This document shows positions 20,109 to 30,300 of a stretch of DNA of 64,000 bases, piece by piece. The notes beneath the pieces were generated by a model. The model was not told the origin of the DNA. It saw only the letters and a program-made list of their open reading frames with translations, and ran no database searches. The translations under genes were made by a program, and so were the position numbers. Origin of the DNA: Candidatus Peribacteria bacterium (GTDB lineage: Bacteria; Patescibacteriota; Gracilibacteria; Peribacterales; Peribacteraceae); the NCBI GenBank assembly GCA_943355155.1, contig CALREJ010000001.1, forward strand, positions 2,785 through 66,784. The letters run 5' to 3'. Numbering within the stretch: the first letter of the stretch is position 1; each line of letters opens with the position of its first letter.

Positions 20109-23100
20109 ATGAACTCTCTTCCTTCCAGTATCGAGTCCTGTCTTCTTGATGCAGGCTTTTCCGGCACAGAAATCGTCATTTTGCAAAAGCTGCTCGAGAA
20201 CGATTCGCTCACCCTCCGTGAACTTGCGGCAAAAACGGGGAAGAGTACGGGCGTGCTCGATCAGGCCATGTCGAAACTTCTGAAGAAAAAAATCATCCAT
20301 CGCCAGATGGTCAATGATGCACCAAGATATATCCTTCAGTCGCTGCAGACCGTGCTCGATTGGATCCGTGATGACACGGAACTGCGTCAGCAGATGATGA
20401 TACGAAAATACCAAAATTTCGAAGCATTCCTTGCGTCTCTTCAGAAAAGAAAAACGCGACCCGAAATGGAATATTTTGAAGGAGAAGAAGGGATCCGTCG
20501 TGCGTACTCTCAGCTCCTCGATCGCGGGAAAGTATTTCTTTCCTACGGCCCTGTTCAATCCCCGGATATCGAAGAAGAATTGATCGACGTACGCAAACAC
20601 AATATCCGCGACCGAAAGAAGCGTGAAATTTTCTCCCGCGTCATCACCCAAAACACCCCGCTCGGTCGTCGTCTGCAATCCCGCGACCCCTTCGAATTCC
20701 GCCACACTGTCCTCGTCGATCCAGAAGAATACCCCTTCGCCTTCGAAACCATCATCGTGGGCGACACCGTCGCGTGTTTCCAGCTGAAAGACAAACGCGC
20801 CTGCTTCATCCATTACCCCGAACTCGCAGAGGAAGAGCGCGCCTTCTTCGAGAGTGTGTGGCAAAAAAACACAGTGCATACGCAAAAAGAGCCGGAGAGG
20901 AAAGAGGGGAGGGAGGTGATTGAAATGTCATCCCCCAGAAAAAAAGTACCGATGAGGGAAATCGTCAAAATACTCTTGCGAAAAAGAAACATTGGAATCT
21001 TGAGTGGTCTTTTTGTTCTCCTTTGTGCTCTTATTCCTGCAGCGTATTTTTATACTTTTTCAGTGACAAAGGCGGAGGTTGGCCAGCGATTGATGGCAAT
21101 TGTTTCGACTGCTGCAAAGGACATACGTGCAGATGATCTATCTGTACTTCACATCGCGAGCGACATGCAGCGTCCGGAGTATCAGAGAGTGTTTAACACA
21201 TTGAACGATGTGCGCAATCGGAACCACAATATTTTGTACATTTTTATCTACAGACCTACGGACATTCCGAATATGTGGGAATTTGTTGTCGATGCTGATT
21301 CCAATGTTAACTTACCTTTTGAAAGCGACGTGAATCATGATGGGAAGATTGATCCAAGTGAGCAGAATGTGTATCCGGGACGAAGCTATGACATGAGTAC
21401 CCAATCGCCTAAAATTTTGAATGAAGGAATGATCCGTCCGGTCTATGACACGACGACCTATACCGATCAATGGACGACAGATATCGCAGCGACAGCACCG
21501 ATTATGGATTCAAATGGTAATGGTGTGGCCGTCCTCTCCGCAGATATTTCCATGAAGGAACTTACGACTCTCGCATCCGCACACTTCAAACCTATTTTGT
21601 ATGGGTTGCTTGGAATGATTCTTTTGATTCTGATTGCGATGGGGGTGCAGGGGTGGGGGGTGCTGAGGGAGTGCTCTCTTTCAAACTTTAATTCACGATC
21701 ACGCTACACCCCCTTTTCCCGATGGGGCGAATTTTTCTTTAGTAAAGGAAGTGTAGCTATCTTCGGAGCATGTGCAGGATTATCCCTACTAGCGACATAT
21801 GCTTTCTACGCGCAAAATTTATATTTCAATACACAGCGCATTCGCGAGCAAGTAAAAAGCATCGCAGCGACAGGTGCGATTCAATTTTCTGCATCTGATA
21901 TCAATCAAGTGAGAAGCAAATATGATATTCAGAAGCCTGAGTACACAAAAATCATTCGTCAGCTCAATGATATACGCGATCAAAATCCCGATGTGAAATT
22001 TATCTACATCATGCGACCGACTGGAGATCCATTAAAATATGAATTCGTTGCAGATGCTGATTCCATTGATCCGGATAAAGTCTTTGATTTGAATCGTGAT
22101 GGAATACTGGATAAAGCAGATGAAAATATTGCGCCGGGAAGGCCATATGATGGCTCTCTTATTGATGTGTTACGTGATCATTCCTATACAGTGCCGATTG
22201 CGAGCAGTAAGGTATTTACGGATCAATGGGGAACGTTCATTTCTGGCTTCGCGCCAATCAAAGGTAGCGATGGCACTATCGTAGGTATTCTAGGAGTCGA
22301 TAAATGGGCAACCGATGCACACAACGCTACAAAAAATAGTTTTTCTTTGTGGGTTTGGGGCATAGTGTTTTTCCTTATTTTTTCTAGCTTAGGTCAGATT
22401 ATTTTTAACAGAGATATTCTTAGGGATTTGTACAAATCTATCAATGTGCGAAAAGTAATGATCAGCCTAGGAATCTCTTTCCTTTTAGCGACTTCCGTAA
22501 CCTATGGGCTCTATCTCTACACGCAAAAACTCACTCTTCAGCGCATGCAGCAGGTGGTGAAGTCTGTTGCAGAGGCTGCGGCATTGCAATTTAGTGCAGA
22601 TGATTTGAATGCCCTGCAAGTTGAAGAAGATTGGAAGAAGCCGGAGTGGGCGAAGGTGGTGAATCAGTTGAAACAAATTCGTGATAATAATAAGAATCTT
22701 GTCTACACATATATTCTAAGAAAAGATATTAAGGATGGCACAAAAATAAATTTTGTATCGGAAGCCGAATCAATTAATCCATATGTAAACATAGATAACG
22801 ATCCGAATAATAATATCGATGAAAATCAAGACGGCCTTATCGATGGAACACCAACAGGTGGCGATTATCTTGTTTGGCCTGGTCAACAATATGTAAATGC
22901 CCCGCCTGAAACCTTTCAAGCATATGCAGGTTCAACAACTAATCGGGAATTTTATGAAGATCAATTTGGCAAAGTGATTTCGGGTTATGCACCGATCAAA
23001 GATATTGCGGGAAAAACCGTAGCTGTTTTTGCAGCAGATATGCATGCCAATAAGTTGAATGAAATTGCAAAGAATAGCTTCATGCCATTCTACTTTTTTT

Positions 23101-23159
23101 TAGTAGTATTTATGCTTTCATTAATTATTCAATTCACTGCTTCCTATCGAAAATTTTGA
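20109..23159 (+). CDS. Fusion protein: TrmB-family transcriptional regulator, six TM helices and three tandem extracytoplasmic Cache/PDC-like sensor modules (1016 aa)
   Basis: N-terminal wHTH (GTEIVILQKLLENDSLTLRELAAKTGKSTGVLDQAMSKLLKKKII) and a TrmB-like C-domain run to about aa 255. Three modules then follow, each ending ...(Y/F)(T/E)DQ(W/F)G..ISG(F/Y)APIK...G..V(G/A)(I/V)... and each bracketed by hydrophobic helices. Confidence 0.8.
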   Translation: MNSLPSSIESCLLDAGFSGTEIVILQKLLENDSLTLRELAAKTGKSTGVLDQAMSKLLKKKIIHRQMVNDAPRYILQSLQTVLDWIRDDTELRQQMMIRKYQNFEAFLASLQKRKTRPEMEYFEGEEGIRRAYSQLLDRGKVFLSYGPVQSPDIEEELIDVRKHNIRDRKKREIFSRVITQNTPLGRRLQSRDPFEFRHTVLVDPEEYPFAFETIIVGDTVACFQLKDKRACFIHYPELAEEERAFFESVWQKNTVHTQKEPERKEGREVIEMSSPRKKVPMREIVKILLRKRNIGILSGLFVLLCALIPAAYFYTFSVTKAEVGQRLMAIVSTAAKDIRADDLSVLHIASDMQRPEYQRVFNTLNDVRNRNHNILYIFIYRPTDIPNMWEFVVDADSNVNLPFESDVNHDGKIDPSEQNVYPGRSYDMSTQSPKILNEGMIRPVYDTTTYTDQWTTDIAATAPIMDSNGNGVAVLSADISMKELTTLASAHFKPILYGLLGMILLILIAMGVQGWGVLRECSLSNFNSRSRYTPFSRWGEFFFSKGSVAIFGACAGLSLLATYAFYAQNLYFNTQRIREQVKSIAATGAIQFSASDINQVRSKYDIQKPEYTKIIRQLNDIRDQNPDVKFIYIMRPTGDPLKYEFVADADSIDPDKVFDLNRDGILDKADENIAPGRPYDGSLIDVLRDHSYTVPIASSKVFTDQWGTFISGFAPIKGSDGTIVGILGVDKWATDAHNATKNSFSLWVWGIVFFLIFSSLGQIIFNRDILRDLYKSINVRKVMISLGISFLLATSVTYGLYLYTQKLTLQRMQQVVKSVAEAAALQFSADDLNALQVEEDWKKPEWAKVVNQLKQIRDNNKNLVYTYILRKDIKDGTKINFVSEAESINPYVNIDNDPNNNIDENQDGLIDGTPTGGDYLVWPGQQYVNAPPETFQAYAGSTTNREFYEDQFGKVISGYAPIKDIAGKTVAVFAADMHANKLNEIAKNSFMPFYFFLVVFMLSLIIQFTASYRKF

Positions 23160-23196
23160 AAGAAATTATTTTAGCAAAGAGTCATAAGATCTAAGA

Positions 23197-25038
23197 TTAT
23201 ATATCTAGTAAGAGCAAAATATGATCGTGATTTGCTTCAAAAAGAAACTGTGCGAGTCTCGGGCCAGAATCTTTCCCAAATAGCAAATAATAAATTTGTC
23301 GATAAAGAGCAAGTTGCTCAATTCTATTTTCCCTTTCTGTTGCGCCAAATCTTTTAGGTATTGAATAGAGAATCGACTCTAATTCTTCGACTTTCGAAAA
23401 TCTATTTTTTTTCAAAAAATTATGCAACTCTCTTATTTGATCAATATGTTTCAGCTCCATGTCAGACATGTATTCTATATTTGGCTCAGTAAGCAAACTA
23501 TGAATCATTCGAGAAGATATTTCCGAATATCTTTTCCCTTTATCTGTAAGTTCCAGCAGGTCAATATACATTTTTGCAAGCAAAATAGGTGCATCTTTTT
23601 TTACTGAATTCTTTTGGCCAAGCAATTTTTCAATATTTTTTGTCATTATTTTTTGCATTCCATTTCTTGATTTTCTTAGATTTTCCAAGTTTCCTAATTC
23701 CAAAATAGGTCTTACGATATAATCGTATATTTCTCGTTGTGGCAGTGTAGGTTTGCAAGTTATTTTTCGATTAATACTAACACTAGACGCTCCATGCCCG
23801 TAACCTCCATAGGGCTGAGTCCCTCTTTCTATGCCATGCGCATGTAAATGTGTATTTCTAATTATAGTACTCTCATCGTGCAGTAGTTTATCGTTAACAT
23901 ATTTCCCAGCCAAACTATCTATGTATTTGCTATCACCATAAACCGTGACATACATTGCGTTACGTGCATACTGATCATTTTCAAAATAATTAGAAAGCAT
24001 TACATCGTTTTCATATTCTTGTATAAAAAAAATTGGAGCAAAAACTTCATTATAATTACCCCCATCACGCAAAGGCTTATTTATTATTGTTGGCTCAACG
24101 ATTGACTGATTAGTGCGAATAACACCAGGTGTGTTTGAATTAATCCATTTTTTATTTTCAACTAAAAGCCCCTGTATTCTAATCAAATCTTCAATATCAT
24201 TAATTGGGCCAACGATACAGGATCTATCGTTGTAGTTACCAATTTTGATCCTTCTTAATTTTTCAAGCAATAGATTGTTAAATACAAGGAAAGATCTATT
24301 ATGAACAAGAATTGAATTTGGCGAGGCACAATCTTGGCCTTGGTTATATAGTTGCAATGTAAGAGCAGCTTCAACACTGTTAGAAATATCAGCGTGTTCA
24401 GTAATTATTAGGGGATTGTGACCGGCTCCATTTGTTATAAATAGGGTACGCTGATCAAAAACGGTACGCAAACGATCTGCGTGAAATGGAGTGCCAGTAA
24501 AAATAACTACGTCAGTAACTGGCTGATTTTCCTGTGTTTTGGTATTGATACATAAGGCCGTACGTTCAATTAAAAATTGTGCTCTCTCTTTTTTTGATAC
24601 ATGAATGTTTGGGAAAAAATCATGTATTTTTAGTATTTGTATAAGTTCTGGGAAAAAATATCGCATTCCTTGTGGTATTCTAAAATGTACCTCACTAGCC
24701 ATTAAAGAAGGAATAATAACAAAACAAGTTAGTGCGTAAAGTGGCTGATTCCGTGGAAGAAACGAAGTTACAGCACCAATGCGTAGCTTAAAATATTCAT
24801 TATTTTCATTGAGACTTCTTAAAAGATCTAAAGTGCGAGCAGTCTCATCCCTCACAACCTCAAAGCTTTCATACGTTGTTAATATTTTAGCAAGTGATTC
24901 AAAAGAGGCCTCAATATGTTCTGCAAATAGTAGGGCAATTTGATAACTTCTCTCAAAATCAATGAAGCTGTATTGCGATAAATCCTGAGTTGAATTTCTC
25001 ATGCCTGATAAATTATTAATTTCGTTAGCTATTAACAT
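23197..25038 (-). CDS. Aldehyde-dehydrogenase-superfamily (LuxC/acyl-reductase-like) enzyme fused to a class-I-LysRS-C-terminal-like helical domain (613 aa)
   Basis: ALDH-type Cys motif NQGQDCASPNSILV. NGAGHNP sits where ELGGKSP would be, so the Glu is absent. EVFAPIFF and PYGGYGHGAS are also present. The C-terminal ~150 aa ends ...LYRQIYYLLFGKDSGPRLAQFL, which resembles the FFKALY.VLLGKERGPRLGSF end of class I Lys-tRNA synthetases. Confidence 0.7.
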   Translation of the reverse strand: MLIANEINNLSGMRNSTQDLSQYSFIDFERSYQIALLFAEHIEASFESLAKILTTYESFEVVRDETARTLDLLRSLNENNEYFKLRIGAVTSFLPRNQPLYALTCFVIIPSLMASEVHFRIPQGMRYFFPELIQILKIHDFFPNIHVSKKERAQFLIERTALCINTKTQENQPVTDVVIFTGTPFHADRLRTVFDQRTLFITNGAGHNPLIITEHADISNSVEAALTLQLYNQGQDCASPNSILVHNRSFLVFNNLLLEKLRRIKIGNYNDRSCIVGPINDIEDLIRIQGLLVENKKWINSNTPGVIRTNQSIVEPTIINKPLRDGGNYNEVFAPIFFIQEYENDVMLSNYFENDQYARNAMYVTVYGDSKYIDSLAGKYVNDKLLHDESTIIRNTHLHAHGIERGTQPYGGYGHGASSVSINRKITCKPTLPQREIYDYIVRPILELGNLENLRKSRNGMQKIMTKNIEKLLGQKNSVKKDAPILLAKMYIDLLELTDKGKRYSEISSRMIHSLLTEPNIEYMSDMELKHIDQIRELHNFLKKNRFSKVEELESILYSIPKRFGATERENRIEQLALYRQIYYLLFGKDSGPRLAQFLFEANHDHILLLLDI

Positions 25039-25054
25039 GTATTTTTTGTGAGAA

Positions 25055-25405
25055 TTAATTTGTGACCTTCGGGAAATATAACATCAGAAAAGTGCCTGTG
25101 ATTGCAAAGGCTAATCCTAAATATTGCATCGCAGAAATTCGATTCCATTCTTGAAAAATTATCAATCCAACCATCACAGAAGTTATTGTTAATAAGGAGT
25201 CAATTGTTCCAGATGCTAGTGATAGACCAATCTTTGAGGTTGCAATTCCAAAACTAATATAAACAAACGGTGAAATTAAAACTAGTAGAAACAGCCAAAT
25301 AGATATTTTGTCAGTTCCTTTTGCCCAAATTGTGCTTATTGAATTTGCTAATACTGCAATTCCTACTGCCCCCAAAATGTATAACAAAAAAATCGGACTT
25401 TTCAT
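25055..25405 (-). CDS. Small 4-TM transporter of the SMR / ArnE-ArnF / EamA-half type (116 aa)
   Basis: Four hydrophobic helices in 116 aa. Lies 16 nt upstream of the reductase-like gene on the same strand. Confidence 0.65.
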   Translation of the reverse strand: MKSPIFLLYILGAVGIAVLANSISTIWAKGTDKISIWLFLLVLISPFVYISFGIATSKIGLSLASGTIDSLLTITSVMVGLIIFQEWNRISAMQYLGLAFAITGTFLMLYFPKVTN

Positions 25406-25630
25406 GAACTAAAGAGTAATGCTAACAACACTGTAAAAACAATTTTCATAATTATCATATACACGTACACTGTTAATACAATTCGAGATGCGTGCGCTAA
25501 TTCTCTGTTTATTAAGAAAGCATGTATTTTTTCTCAAAAAGCAATGTTTTTTGCATTTTTATTCGCCTTAGATGGCATATGTAAGGTCAAAACTTGATAA
25601 TCAAAGCGATTTTTGCTATAATTACTTGAT

Positions 25631-27091
25631 ATGGAAAAAACAAAAAACAAAAGATTAAGCTTGATTTGGGTGGGCACGGTAATTGTTCTTGGTGCAATAA
25701 TTGTCATTGCAATAATGTCTTGGTTTTTATATAAGCACACAGTAATTCTTTTGTCAGATAATTTAAGACAAAGATTGTTGTCGATAGCAATTACTCAGGT
25801 TGCCAATATTGATCCAGATGATATTCAATCTTTACAAGTGGAGGGTGATTGGAAAAAACCAGCTTGGTCACGTGTCGTAGGACAATTAAAGCGTGCGAAA
25901 AATAGCAATCCAAATATTGTTTATATGTACATTTTCAAAAAGTCAGATATTGATTCTACTAAAATGGTTTTTGTGGCAGATGCAGAATCTTTGAATCCAT
26001 ATGCAAATATAGATAATGATTTAGCAAATGATGTCGATGCGAATGGAGATGGGAAAATAGAGCCTGATGGAGCAGATAACTTGCAATGGCCAAGTCAAGA
26101 GTATCCAGAGCCACCCGCTGAGACATTTGAATCTTACAATGGACCACTAACTAGCAAAGATTTATATTCCGATGAATATGGGAAAGTATTAACTGGTTAT
26201 GCGCCGATTCTTGATTCGAATCAAAATGTTATTGCTGTTCTTGCAACCGATATAAGGGCGAATGATTTTTCAACAATTACTACACAAACACTTATTCCGT
26301 TTATTGGATTTATTATTTTCTTGGTTTTTGCGATTATTGTCTTGGCGCTATCTCTGATAATGGTTTGGAATAAGAGAGTTGAAGTTTTTGCCGAACTCGA
26401 CCGCCAAAAAGACGAACTGTTGGGTATGGTGAGCCACCAACTTGCAACGCCAGTTTCATCTTTGCGTTGGTATATGGAAATGTTTTTGGATGGAGATTTG
26501 GGTAAGGTCACGGATGAACAAAGGGTTCATCTTGTCTCTGCACAATCTGTTGCAACCAATTTATCCGATCTCGTGAGCCTTATTTTAGACGTGTCCCGTA
26601 TTCAACTTGGTCGTGTGAAGGTGGAGAAAGGCAAGTTGAAGTTGGACGATTTATTCAAGGAAATTTTAGATATTATAAAACCAAAGGCAGAACAGAAAGG
26701 CGTTCATTTTAAAGTATCTATTGATAAAAAATTACCCGTTGCGATGCTCGATAAGCGCTATACACACATGACTATTGAAAACCTTCTGAGCAATGCCGTG
26801 AAGTATACTCAGCCGAAGGGCACTGTGAATTTTACGGTCGCTGTGAAGGGTGAAACGCTCTACTGCGAAGTGTCGGATACCGGTGTGGGTATCCCCAAGG
26901 CAGACCAATCACAAATTTTCGGCAAGCTTTTCCGTGCGAGTAACGTAAGAAATGAAGTGGATGGAAATGGATTCGGTCTTTATGTGGCAAAGGGCGCTAT
27001 CGAGGCACAGGGAGGAAAGATCTGGTTCAAGAGTGAAGAGGGGAAGGGGACAACATTCTATGTTGAGTTGCCACTAAATGATGGAAAATAA
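25631..27091 (+). CDS. Sensor histidine kinase with extracytoplasmic Cache/PDC-like domain
   Basis: TM1, a sensor (aa ~45-215) paralogous to the modules of the 20109 gene, then TM2. H-box LLGMVSHQLATPVSSL, N-box LLSNAVKYT and G-boxes DTGVGI and GNGFGLYVAK. Confidence 0.9.
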   Translation: MEKTKNKRLSLIWVGTVIVLGAIIVIAIMSWFLYKHTVILLSDNLRQRLLSIAITQVANIDPDDIQSLQVEGDWKKPAWSRVVGQLKRAKNSNPNIVYMYIFKKSDIDSTKMVFVADAESLNPYANIDNDLANDVDANGDGKIEPDGADNLQWPSQEYPEPPAETFESYNGPLTSKDLYSDEYGKVLTGYAPILDSNQNVIAVLATDIRANDFSTITTQTLIPFIGFIIFLVFAIIVLALSLIMVWNKRVEVFAELDRQKDELLGMVSHQLATPVSSLRWYMEMFLDGDLGKVTDEQRVHLVSAQSVATNLSDLVSLILDVSRIQLGRVKVEKGKLKLDDLFKEILDIIKPKAEQKGVHFKVSIDKKLPVAMLDKRYTHMTIENLLSNAVKYTQPKGTVNFTVAVKGETLYCEVSDTGVGIPKADQSQIFGKLFRASNVRNEVDGNGFGLYVAKGAIEAQGGKIWFKSEEGKGTTFYVELPLNDGK

Positions 27092-27356
27092 TAAATTAGA
27101 ATATATGAATAGGTTATACATATAAGAAAATATATGAGTATAAATTTGATTCAATTGATTACAATTTTGTAGATGATTTTCATCTTGAGCCTTTCCAGAT
27201 GAGAGCCTCTCATTTTGCGTTCTTATCACCCACAGAACGCCCAAAGATCCTTATTGCGAGCCATAAACTCTGCTTTCACAAAACTAACCCCTCTCCCCGC
27301 ATCTCCCCAACCCTCATAAAATCTCCGACGATGGTGGCATCTTCCCCAATACCTTC

Positions 27357-30300
27357 ATGCCTCCATCCAGCACTCCAGAACACAGAAACAAAGACAGTAA
27401 CGAAAAGTTTGTCTTTTTGGATTATATTCCTCCCTTTGGTTCATATGAGCATATTCCTGAGCAAACACATTCTGTGTGGAGCAAACTGAGTGGCCTTTTT
27501 TCATCTGCCCGGAAGGCACGGAGGCCTTTCCAAAACTTTCCGGCGACTGCGCATGTGGAAACACTTGAGAAGCGCGCACTTCTTTCAAGCACGACTTCGC
27601 CAAGTCTCGAAATTCATACAGGTGAAGGGGAACTGGAAACTCATATTCATGATCTTGAAAAACAGATGGAAACGCTTGTGCGCGAGTTAGCAGCGAATGA
27701 CACAGCTCTCACGGCTGCTCATAAAGCAGTGGATAGTGGGAGAAATGCTCTCAGTGCTCGTCAGGCAACGCTTGATCATGCAGATGGCTTGGTTGCTGCT
27801 GATCTTTTGAAAGTCGCACCCGTTCTTGAGGCAGCAAGTAAAACTGTGCAGGCAAAGAAAGTATCGGATGCCGCTGATCTGCAGGTAAAACTTGGCACTG
27901 ACCGACTCGCTTTGGACACAGATGTCATGAAGCTTGCACGTACCGCCTACACGACTGCAGTTGCAGAACGCACGCACAAAAATCCACTATTCACTGCTGC
28001 GGTGGTAGCTCAGTGCAAAGCGGATTACACAGCAGCTTCAGCCGTGGTGACTGCTGATACGAAAGCAGTGTCCACGTTTCGTGCAACTGCGACCGCAGCC
28101 CGCGCAGCCCTAACTTCAGCACAAAAAGTAGAGGCGAAGGCACGCACAAAATATGCGCGCGATCTTACGACTCTAGCGACTGATCAAAAAAATCAAGAGA
28201 CTGCAATGCTATTGCGTGACGGCGCAGACACTTTTCTGAAAACTTCACTCACACAGGAATCAGAGTTACAAGATGCAGCAGCAAAAATTGAAAGTGATAT
28301 CACACGCTCGACTCGTGATCTGGCAGATGCCAAGGCCGAATACAGCGCACTGGCCGAAAGAAATGCCCTTGCAACGTCACTCAGTATCGTCGTACAGGCG
28401 GAACTTCAGGCCGAGGCAGAAAAAATCGCCTATCCGAAAATGTTTGTCACGTCGGTGCAGCGCAGTGATTTCGTTGAGTTTACCGTTCGCTACAGAACTC
28501 CATTGCCCTCGACAACATTTAGCGTCAAACGCGCTGCGAATGCACAAAATGAATATTTCGATGGGCCAAGTCTGGACACTCCTGTTCGCGATGGTGAGTG
28601 GAAGTTTACGATGGGTCGCGGTATTCCGAGATCAGAAGAGCTGACGATTCGTATGGTCAACGGCGAAACAGGAAAGGTAGTTGAAGAAGTGTATGGGTGG
28701 TTCAATAAGGATAGTCTTTCAGGTGGTATCAATACTGCTCAGACGTCCTTTGATATTGATGAAGAGGGAATGCTTAGTGAAAATCCCATTGCCCCTTCTC
28801 TGTCGGTCATTCGCGTTCAGGGCAATGCAGTGCTCCTCGCTATCGCAAGTCCGTTCGATCAAACCAATATTTATTCCGACACAGGCGGCCTGCTTTCCTC
28901 TGTAGAATTGTCACACAAGGGTGGCACCACCTTTACTCCCGTGACTATTTACCTCGATGCAGGTAATTGGAACGGTGATTACAAAATACATATGCAGGAA
29001 CGCCCGGGTGGTAAGGAGATCGACACGGTGAATCTTCACTGGGACAGAGACTCAAAAAGAGCGTCATTGATCGATAGCGCCGATACCTACACCGGCCCCG
29101 AAAACACAGATGGTACATTTGATGCAAAGCTAGCCCTCAATAGTATTCCGCTCACAATCGAAGATCCGGATATCGCTCGTATCCAAAGTAGCAATCTCTA
29201 CCAAGCGACGGATTCATTCGCAGGACCATTACGACTTTATATCAGTGCCGAACGTTTTCTGACAGACTTTTTCTACGCGGACTCTTCACCTTATGTGAAG
29301 TATCGAGCCGATCACATCGAAGCAACCATCGATGCCTACTGGGATCGTATTGGTCATACCTACAGTCGAGATGCGGCAAGGGATACTATTCACAAGGAAA
29401 AGGCTGCAGTGGAAAAACAGCACATGGATATGCTGCATGATCGAGAAAATGGGGCAAGAGAGCTGATCCAAAGTGCAGTCAATATTTTCCTGAAAATCCT
29501 TCGCGGCGAGTCTGATAATTTTCCTCTTCAGGATCTGGATAAGCGTGTGACATGGTGGAATGAACGCGGCCAGATCTGGTGGCTGAATCAAGTCGGTGTT
29601 TCCAGTTTCAACAGAACCCACCTCCTCAATGCAGCCAAAATCATTTTCAATAACCAGTGGCAGTATTTGTTGCAGGTGAATAATGATGTGTTGCAGTTGC
29701 GTACGTATGAGGATAGGCAGAGGGAAGCAGGACTCGCAAAAAATGCCGAAGGACAGTGGAATGCGGTATCTCCACAAGAGCCGGAACTTATTGCACCTGG
29801 TATTGATCGCAACGCACTTGTGCGTGCTGCCCGCATTGATTGGGTGATGAGAAATTCGCCGGATTCACGCATCGTTGCAATGCATGGCGATCAGAGAGAT
29901 GTATTCGTGCTTACTTTATCGAATTTTTTGTCGCAAAACCCAACCGCTGATACCCAATCCTCCATTATCGTTGCAATGAATTTAGTAGATGAACGAACGA
30001 CGGATCTTCTGAAAAACGGCGGCGTCCGTATTTCGGGTCCCACACATTCAGATCAAAAAGAAGCAGCCGATGCAATCGCAAATGTTCCTCAGCGCACACT
30101 CTACAACGAAGCCTTGTCATGGTATGACAACACTCCAGACAGTTTGCACGGCACCCTGAGTCTTCGTACAGATACTATTGTCGGGAAGATGATGATGGGT
30201 GCTGCGAGAAAATTATGGATGGAGCCGACCGCAGAAAAAAGATGGGAAATTGCTTTCACTCTGCAGCGACTCACAGATATTCCTGCGAAAAAATTCATGG

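Noticed and set aside
20001-20885. 294-aa minus-strand ORF opposite the TrmB-domain region
   Set aside because: It is antisense to a region with clear TrmB wHTH homology and has no motif. It is an artefact of the GC-rich coding strand.
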